From Pseudoalteromonas translucida KMM 520 (lineage in GTDB: Bacteria; Pseudomonadota; Gammaproteobacteria; Enterobacterales; Alteromonadaceae): 32,000 nucleotides of DNA. The position numbers were made by a program, and so were the translations under genes. Each line of letters starts with the position of its first letter. Within the stretch, counting starts at the first letter, position 1. Under the pieces are notes generated by a model. That model worked only from the letters and a program-made list of their open reading frames with translations, was not told where the DNA came from and searched no databases. Location of the stretch: contig NZ_CP011034.1 in assembly GCF_001465295.1 (NCBI RefSeq), positions 1,710,001-1,742,000 of the forward strand, given 5' to 3'. This document shows, in pieces, positions 29,018 to 32,000 of the stretch.

Positions 29018-29446
29018 ATGAAAGGTAAAGAATTAGATCGAGAAGTTGAGAAAATACTTATGGACATGCTTGTTGATGGGTATCATGTATCCCCTATTTC
29101 ACAAAAATCAGTATTTGAAAGATTACGTAGTAGAGGCATCATTAAATCTAAAGCTACGCTAACAAAAAGAATGCCTTTAATAAAAGAATATCTTGTTAAA
29201 CAGCAGGCAGAGGTTAAAGGGGTTTTGGGAGAATCATTAGTTGGTAGTAATAGCCAAACTAGAGCTAATTTAATTGCAAGTAATGCACGTCTAAAAGATG
29301 AACTAAGGGAGTCGAAGCAGCAACTTATAGTCAATACCAACGTGATTTTGGATATTGTAAAAACTATTAAAACACAAACGAACATTTTAAATATTGAACG
29401 TATTCTATCACCTAAGCTAATCAGAGAATTAAGAGAGAATGATTAA
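29018..29446 (+). CDS. Small HTH-like / coiled-coil protein following the recombinase trio (ginD-like position)
   Basis: The track start is GTG 29006; ATG 29018 gives MKGKELD.... The N-terminal segment (SPISQKSVFERLRSRGIIKSKATL) is HTH-like. The C-terminal part (ARLKDELRESKQQLIVNTNVILDIVKTIKTQ) has heptad character. It starts 108 nt downstream of recombinase 3 on the same strand. Confidence 0.65.
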   Translation: MKGKELDREVEKILMDMLVDGYHVSPISQKSVFERLRSRGIIKSKATLTKRMPLIKEYLVKQQAEVKGVLGESLVGSNSQTRANLIASNARLKDELRESKQQLIVNTNVILDIVKTIKTQTNILNIERILSPKLIRELREND

Positions 29447-29638
29447 TAAATTGGATTGTTGAGGTGTACGAGCTCTAAATGGGTCGCGATTTCGACTCTA
29501 CCAAAGATATTTTTGTGTTAGATCACTCTTCATATTTACGCACCTATCGCTTTTGTGGCTATACAGCGTCATCTAACATGTTATTAATCATACTCTACTT
29601 TATCTCTGCTACTGTATGAATATAGCTCGTATTAGTAG

Positions 29639-31018
29639 TTATAAAAATGCTTCAACAACTCTAGCTCTGAGTGACTTAATGTGTAAACTATCCATAGAGC
29701 AATAAGGCAACTCTCCAGTGCTAACCAGATAGTTACCTGAAGATAAACAATCTTCACTAAGTACATCAAAGTTCACTTTTAAGCTGCTATTTTTTCCTTT
29801 CTTATATGGTTTTAAATGTTTCAATGATTTATCTGACAATGAAAGAGTATTACATTCCATATCAACATAAGAGCAACAATCTGGTATATCAATATTAATG
29901 CGCTCAGCAAACTCAACTAAGCTTGTTTCTGCAAATGTGAATAACCAGGCGAGTTCAATTTTATTTTTGCCAGATCTAACAATACGCCCTAAAACTTGCC
30001 TAAAGTACAACTCTGTTTTTATAGAGCTTAGATGACAACATACTTGTAGTCTAGGTATGTCGGTACCTTCACTGATCATGCCTACACTAACAATCCACTG
30101 TTCAAAAGATGACTTAAATGAGTTGATCTTTTTTATTGAATTATCGTGTAAGTATGTGACTATCGTTGACGTTTGATTGAATTCTTCAATCAATATTTTG
30201 TTAATCATTTCTGCGTGTGCTACTGAAGACGCAACAACTAGACCTCCGGCAGTCGATTTTGAAGTTCTTATCTCCGACAATTTTAATACTGCTAATTTCA
30301 ATAGATATTTAAGTGCAGAGTGGTTATTAAGAACTTCTTGGTGCGTTGAGTGAGTTTGTTTAAGAAATTCAGCAATCGATCCGTAGGTTTCGTGACCATT
30401 CGAAATACTTTTGCTGTCAACTAAAACTATTTTTGGTTCTCTACACACATTATCCCCAATGGCCTGACTAAAGCTGTATTTATAATCGCAGATTAATTTA
30501 CCTTCGGGGTCTGAATAGTTTAGCAAAGCGATAGGAAGAGCATCTGATCGCCAAGGGGTGCCCGATAGCGCAAGCGTGTAGGTTGCAATATCCTGCAAGT
30601 TGAAAACCACTCTCTCACCCCACGTATTGATTTTAGATTTATCTTGCGAGAATGAGCAGTGATGTATTTCATCAAAAATAAAAAATGTACGATATTTACT
30701 AAGCCCAAACCAAGCACTCTGTGGAATTGAACATAAACTTTGATAAGTCATAGAGACACCTATAGACGTAAATGAGCCATCAAACGAACAGCCAATTATT
30801 TTTCCAAATGTTCTTCTAATATTATTAGCCACCTCAACCGATGGTGAAAAACAGACAACCCTATCTATCATTTTTTTATCAAATAACGTTTTTGCCAGTG
30901 ATGCTGCCATTATTGTTTTACCACTGCCAGGAGTAGCCTGACATAGAAAGTGCTTATCAGTAGCCGTGTATTTCTTTACTGCTAACTCCAGACATTCTTT
31001 TTGCCAACTTCTCAGCAT
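29639..31018 (-). CDS. Superfamily-2 helicase (ResIII/DEAD-like core plus Helicase_C-like domain) with an unrecognised ~90-aa C-terminal tail
   Basis: Ordered SF2 motifs:
- Q-like: LRSWQKEC
- I: ATPGSGKT (G31-T35 = 30914-30928)
- Ia: VCFSPSVEV
- Ic: TYQS
- II: FDEIHH (DEIHH = 30659-30673)
- III: LSGTPWRSD
- V: MISEGTDIP
- VI: QVLGRIVRSG
No nuclease or other effector domain recognised. Confidence 0.85.
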   Translation of the reverse strand: MLRSWQKECLELAVKKYTATDKHFLCQATPGSGKTIMAASLAKTLFDKKMIDRVVCFSPSVEVANNIRRTFGKIIGCSFDGSFTSIGVSMTYQSLCSIPQSAWFGLSKYRTFFIFDEIHHCSFSQDKSKINTWGERVVFNLQDIATYTLALSGTPWRSDALPIALLNYSDPEGKLICDYKYSFSQAIGDNVCREPKIVLVDSKSISNGHETYGSIAEFLKQTHSTHQEVLNNHSALKYLLKLAVLKLSEIRTSKSTAGGLVVASSVAHAEMINKILIEEFNQTSTIVTYLHDNSIKKINSFKSSFEQWIVSVGMISEGTDIPRLQVCCHLSSIKTELYFRQVLGRIVRSGKNKIELAWLFTFAETSLVEFAERINIDIPDCCSYVDMECNTLSLSDKSLKHLKPYKKGKNSSLKVNFDVLSEDCLSSGNYLVSTGELPYCSMDSLHIKSLRARVVEAFL

Positions 31019-31560
31019 TGCTGGGCACCATTGTTCAAAGAAGACAATACAGTAGTTAAAGCGTTAACTTTTCCTAATAACTTAGCTGAATTATTTTTAG
31101 CATCATCTAATGCAGAATAGAACAAGTTAAGGTGGTCAGGGAATCGCTTTTGTAGAGCCTTATATTCATCAACTTCCCCCAGTAAAATTGCAAGTTCAGC
31201 CTCAAACTGATTCTTTTCATTTAATAAAGTTTCTACAAGCGGTGATGCTTGATTATCAGTATTACAGCTAATAGATATTTCTTGTTCAATTGCAACCTGT
31301 TTAGGCTCAAAGGTAACTTTATTAAACAGCTCAGATTTAAAATACTTTTTATTGCGGCCACTTCCTTTTGAAATTAAGATCTCCTTCCGCTCAAGAGCTG
31401 TCGTTTGTCTATAAATAAATTTACGTGCCTCATCTATATCTTGATATGTATCAGTTACGGTTAGTAATTCATCCCTTAGCTCGACAATTGTGAAACCATT
31501 GCACTCTTTTTCGAGCAAAAGGGAATAAATGTGTTGGTTTAATTTGATAACTTGGGGCAT
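31012..31560 (-). CDS. Hypothetical protein: winged-helix-like N-terminus plus coiled-coil C-terminus, translationally coupled to the helicase
   Basis: 182 aa. The N-terminal ~85 aa (IYSLLLEKECNGFTIVELRDELL...ARKFIYRQTTALERKEILISKGSGRNKKYF) looks like a wHTH. The C-terminus has a heptad-like stretch (LLNEKNQFEAELAILLGEVDEYKALQKRF). Its stop (31012-31014) overlaps the helicase ATG (31016-31018) as ATGCTGA. Confidence 0.7.
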   Translation of the reverse strand: MPQVIKLNQHIYSLLLEKECNGFTIVELRDELLTVTDTYQDIDEARKFIYRQTTALERKEILISKGSGRNKKYFKSELFNKVTFEPKQVAIEQEISISCNTDNQASPLVETLLNEKNQFEAELAILLGEVDEYKALQKRFPDHLNLFYSALDDAKNNSAKLLGKVNALTTVLSSLNNGAQQC

Positions 31561-31585
31561 TTCTTATACTACAATATTTACGAAA

Positions 31586-31602
31586 ACTTAGGGTTGCTAA
31601 GT
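31586..31602. promoter_or_regulatory. Operator-like palindrome O1 (ACTTAG-N5-CTAAGT)
   Basis: ACTTAGGGTTGCTAAGT, 25 nt from the start codon of the 182-aa gene. It overlaps a possible leftward -10 (TATACT, complement of 31600-31605). Confidence 0.7.
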
Positions 31603-31619
31603 ATATAGAACAATGCAAA

Positions 31620-31636
31620 ACTTAGGAATACTAAGT
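31620..31636. promoter_or_regulatory. Operator-like palindrome O2 (ACTTAG-N5-CTAAGT)
   Basis: ACTTAGGAATACTAAGT. Its centre is 34 bp from the O1 centre. Confidence 0.7.
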
Positions 31637-31678
31637 TATGAATTTAAGAGTGATATTAAGAGCATACACACAAGCATA

Positions 31679-31695
31679 ACTTAGGATTCCTAAGT
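31679..31695. promoter_or_regulatory. Operator-like palindrome O3 (ACTTAG-N5-CTAAGT)
   Basis: ACTTAGGATTCCTAAGT. Its centre is 59 bp from O2 and 34 bp from O4. Confidence 0.7.
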
Positions 31696-31712
31696 GTACA
31701 AATCGTTGTAAA

Positions 31713-31729
31713 ACTTAGACAATCTAAGC
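31713..31729. promoter_or_regulatory. Operator-like palindrome O4 (ACTTAG-N5-CTAAGc)
   Basis: ACTTAGACAATCTAAGC, 27 nt upstream of the GTG start of the XRE gene. Confidence 0.65.
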
Positions 31730-31756
31730 TACTAGAGACTGAAAAATGATACTTTT

Positions 31757-32000
31757 GTGTTCCAAAATCCAATTCCAATTAAACTCAAACAAGCCCGCAC
31801 TAAATCAGGTATTACTCAAAAACAGCTGGGGGTACTTATCGGCATGGATGAAAACTCTGCGAGTGGTCGGATGAATCACTATGAGAAAGGCCGTCATATT
31901 CCTGACTTAGCTACCCTAAAAAAGATCGCTGATGAACTAAATGTTCCATTGAATTATTTTTTCTGTGAAGATGAGGCAACAGCAGAGCTAGTAATTGAAA
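31757..32000 (+). CDS. XRE-family helix-turn-helix transcriptional regulator (3' end cut by the window)
   Basis: Not in the ORF track because there is no stop in the window. My translation from GTG 31757 gives (M)FQNPIPIKLKQARTKSGITQKQLGVLIGMDENSASGRMNHYEKGRHIPDLATLKKIADELNVPLNYFFCEDEATAELVIE, a classic HTH_3/Cro-cI type domain. An in-frame stop at 31733-31735 bounds the 5' end. The nearby ATG at 31746 is out of frame. Confidence 0.8.
   Translation, partial: MFQNPIPIKLKQARTKSGITQKQLGVLIGMDENSASGRMNHYEKGRHIPDLATLKKIADELNVPLNYFFCEDEATAELVIE

Larger units (their letters stand above)
23200..32000 (+). mobile_element. Left part of a genomic island with a three-tyrosine-recombinase (GInt/gin-operon-like) integration module; the right end is outside the window
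   Basis: Downstream of the intact SorC gene the sequence becomes AT-richer. It carries three coupled tyrosine recombinases plus a small gene, then unrelated cargo. The exact left junction is unresolved, somewhere within 23195-23572. Confidence 0.65.

Noticed and set aside
29481-29503. GGGTCGCGATTTCGACTCTACC, superficially like a tRNA T-arm / 3'-end remnant of the kind left at island att sites.
   Set aside because: No T-stem pairing (GTCGC versus CTCTA), no GTTCGAATC-type loop, and no acceptor or CCA context. Not supportable as a tRNA fragment.
29479-29619. Unannotated 46-aa ORF (MGRDFDSTKDIFVLDHSSYLRTYRFCGYTASSNMLLIILYFISATV) with a hydrophobic tail, in the gap between the convergent small gene and the helicase gene.
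   Set aside because: It is below the track threshold. The only SD-like element (GAGG at 29461-29464) is 14 nt from the ATG. There is no conservation evidence, so it cannot be distinguished from a chance ORF in AT-rich DNA. Worth checking only if ribosome profiling or homologues exist.
1208-30717. Twenty shorter track ORFs lying antisense to or inside larger genes: 1208..1390-, 2878..3138-, 3900..4139+, 4719..4913-, 5561..5899+, 7436..7843-, 10062..10304+, 14552..14902-, 14853..15047-, 15408..15596+, 17780..18160+, 18580..18894+, 20190..20444+, 22417..22752-, 22518..22712-, 23026..23232-, 27388..27618-, 28225..28494-, 29083..29385-, 30520..30717-.
   Set aside because: Each overlaps a longer ORF on the opposite strand that has clear family motifs. 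Their translations are low-complexity or Ser/Cys/Leu-rich, as expected of shadow frames. None has a recognisable domain or convincing RBS.
1-32000. Scan for CRISPR arrays, tRNA/rRNA genes and IS-type terminal inverted repeats with transposases.
   Set aside because: I saw no regularly spaced direct repeats, no tRNA cloverleaf-like GTTCGAATC T-loops with acceptor stems, no rRNA-like conserved blocks, and no DDE transposase ORF on either strand.

Overview
Low-GC gammaproteobacterial chromosome segment. It looks Alteromonadales/Pseudoalteromonas-like, but this is inferred from protein content only, with no search run.

Positions 1 to ~23.2 kb look like ordinary core genome:
- a window-truncated nirK with copper-handling neighbours (outer-membrane barrel, cytochrome b561, SCO1/SenC)
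- a TM2 protein, a secreted M17 aminopeptidase and a Hanks-type kinase
- acuI and tetR sharing a repeated operator-like motif
- rmf convergent with fabA
- a PTPS-like / M23 peptidase / thioesterase cluster
- a tightly packed receiver-MoxR-DUF58-transglutaminase-transporter operon
- a secreted outer-membrane-like protein and a SorC-family regulator

From about 23.2-23.6 kb to the window end the DNA looks AT-richer and accessory:
- Three translationally coupled tyrosine recombinases of increasing size (459, ~515 and 806 aa) plus a small HTH/coiled-coil gene. This is the layout I remember for the gin operon of GInt islands.
- A convergent two-gene cargo module: a 182-aa winged-helix-like/coiled-coil protein overlapping a 459-aa SF2 helicase.
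- An XRE-family gene, cut by the window end, divergent from that module across a 196-bp intergenic region holding four CTTAG-N5-CTAAG palindromes in two 34-bp-spaced pairs.

The recombinase trio, its candidate 11-6-11 core site, and the operator-controlled helicase module are the most interesting parts. I saw no rRNA, tRNA or CRISPR array. All family calls rest on motifs read by eye; no database search or computation was run.
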